Source of the DNA: Gammaproteobacteria bacterium
GTDB lineage: Bacteria > Pseudomonadota > Gammaproteobacteria > CAJXQU01
Direction of reading: 5' to 3'
Length of the DNA: 64,000 nt
NCBI GenBank assembly: GCA_965238175.1
Contig: CBDEGZ010000003.1
Location: forward strand, 2,784,001-2,848,000
Shown: positions 63,437 through 64,000 of the stretch, piece by piece
Numbering within the stretch: the first letter of the stretch is position 1
Layout of the letters: every line of letters starts with the position of its first letter
Translations under genes and position numbers: made by a program
The notes under the pieces: model-generated
Told to the model about the DNA's origin: nothing
Database searches by the model: none
What the model saw: only the letters and a program-made list of their open reading frames with translations

Positions 63437-64000
63437 TTATGGAAGTTTCACTTTTTTCTTCTTCGGAACCACTCTTTTGGGGTCTTTAAACGTTATACCT
63501 GTTAATTCATGAGTTTCAAATTTGGTTTTAAAGTCCAAAGTGCAATATAGCAAAAGATCAGACATATTTTTATCCAGAAAAAGACTGTTTCCAAGCTTAT
63601 CAGAAGTAGAAAAATCATAAATTGTTTGATTATTTTTCTCTATAATTGTACAGGCTGTTTCTACAGCCTTAACTCGCATTCCAAAATACTTTAATCTTGA
63701 ATGAATATTTATGGCTTGGAATACATCGCCACAATCGAATAAGTCCGATTCAAATAGCTGCCAAAATCTCTGAGAGAAAATAATTATTGGTCGACATTTA
63801 GCAGAGAAATCTATACCAACTCCCTTATAAATTTCGCCCTCCCTGTTAAGAGATTCGATAGGAAATTCCATGGTTGCGTCTATATGGCTTATTCCTTCGA
63901 TGTATATCTTAGTGGCGATAAGATCATCATAATCTGCATCTTCGTCGTCGACAAAGTCCAGTTCCCCGGTGTTCTCATCTGGTATAACTTCAAATAACAT
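63437..64000 (-). CDS. Putative Imm11/Imm43-like immunity protein (start at window edge)
   Basis: IIIFSQRFWQLF and C-terminal LYCTLDFKTKFETHELTGITF pattern. Confidence 0.45.
   Translation of the reverse strand: MLFEVIPDENTGELDFVDDEDADYDDLIATKIYIEGISHIDATMEFPIESLNREGEIYKGVGIDFSAKCRPIIIFSQRFWQLFESDLFDCGDVFQAINIHSRLKYFGMRVKAVETACTIIEKNNQTIYDFSTSDKLGNSLFLDKNMSDLLLYCTLDFKTKFETHELTGITFKDPKRVVPKKKKVKLP

Overview
Gammaproteobacterial chromosome segment, probably from a marine, microaerobically respiring organism (inferred from gene content). The backbone carries an AGCS amino-acid symporter, truD, an RluA-family synthase, tex, fnr, a rearranged cbb3 oxidase cluster, an MMPL/RND exporter, purEK, glcEF without glcD, aroC, nuoA-N, tRNA-Leu(GAG)-secG-tpiA, a BON/OmpA plus DUF4332 pair, a SoxYZ-like carrier, an OFA-family MFS transporter, moaA-fdhD and a PEP-CTERM protein. 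Four accessory zones hold most of the unusual structure. (1) At 1.1-7.3 kb, the last 431 bp of the symporter locus recur as a diverged second allele, each copy followed by different cargo and by RAYT/REP relics. (2) At 11.9-13.4 kb, a DUF6445 oxygenase-like gene sits between two decayed IS30 ends. (3) At 33.2-35.5 kb, a decay hotspot holds a probable prmB relic and a VPLPA-CTERM relic. (4) At 59.6-64 kb, a decayed IS5 is fused to an AT-rich array of single genes separated by attC-like hairpins that resemble Flavobacteriaceae cassette repeats, with no integrase in view. A three-hairpin candidate sRNA beside an FNR-like box lies upstream of fnr. All family assignments come from motif recognition by eye; no searches were run.
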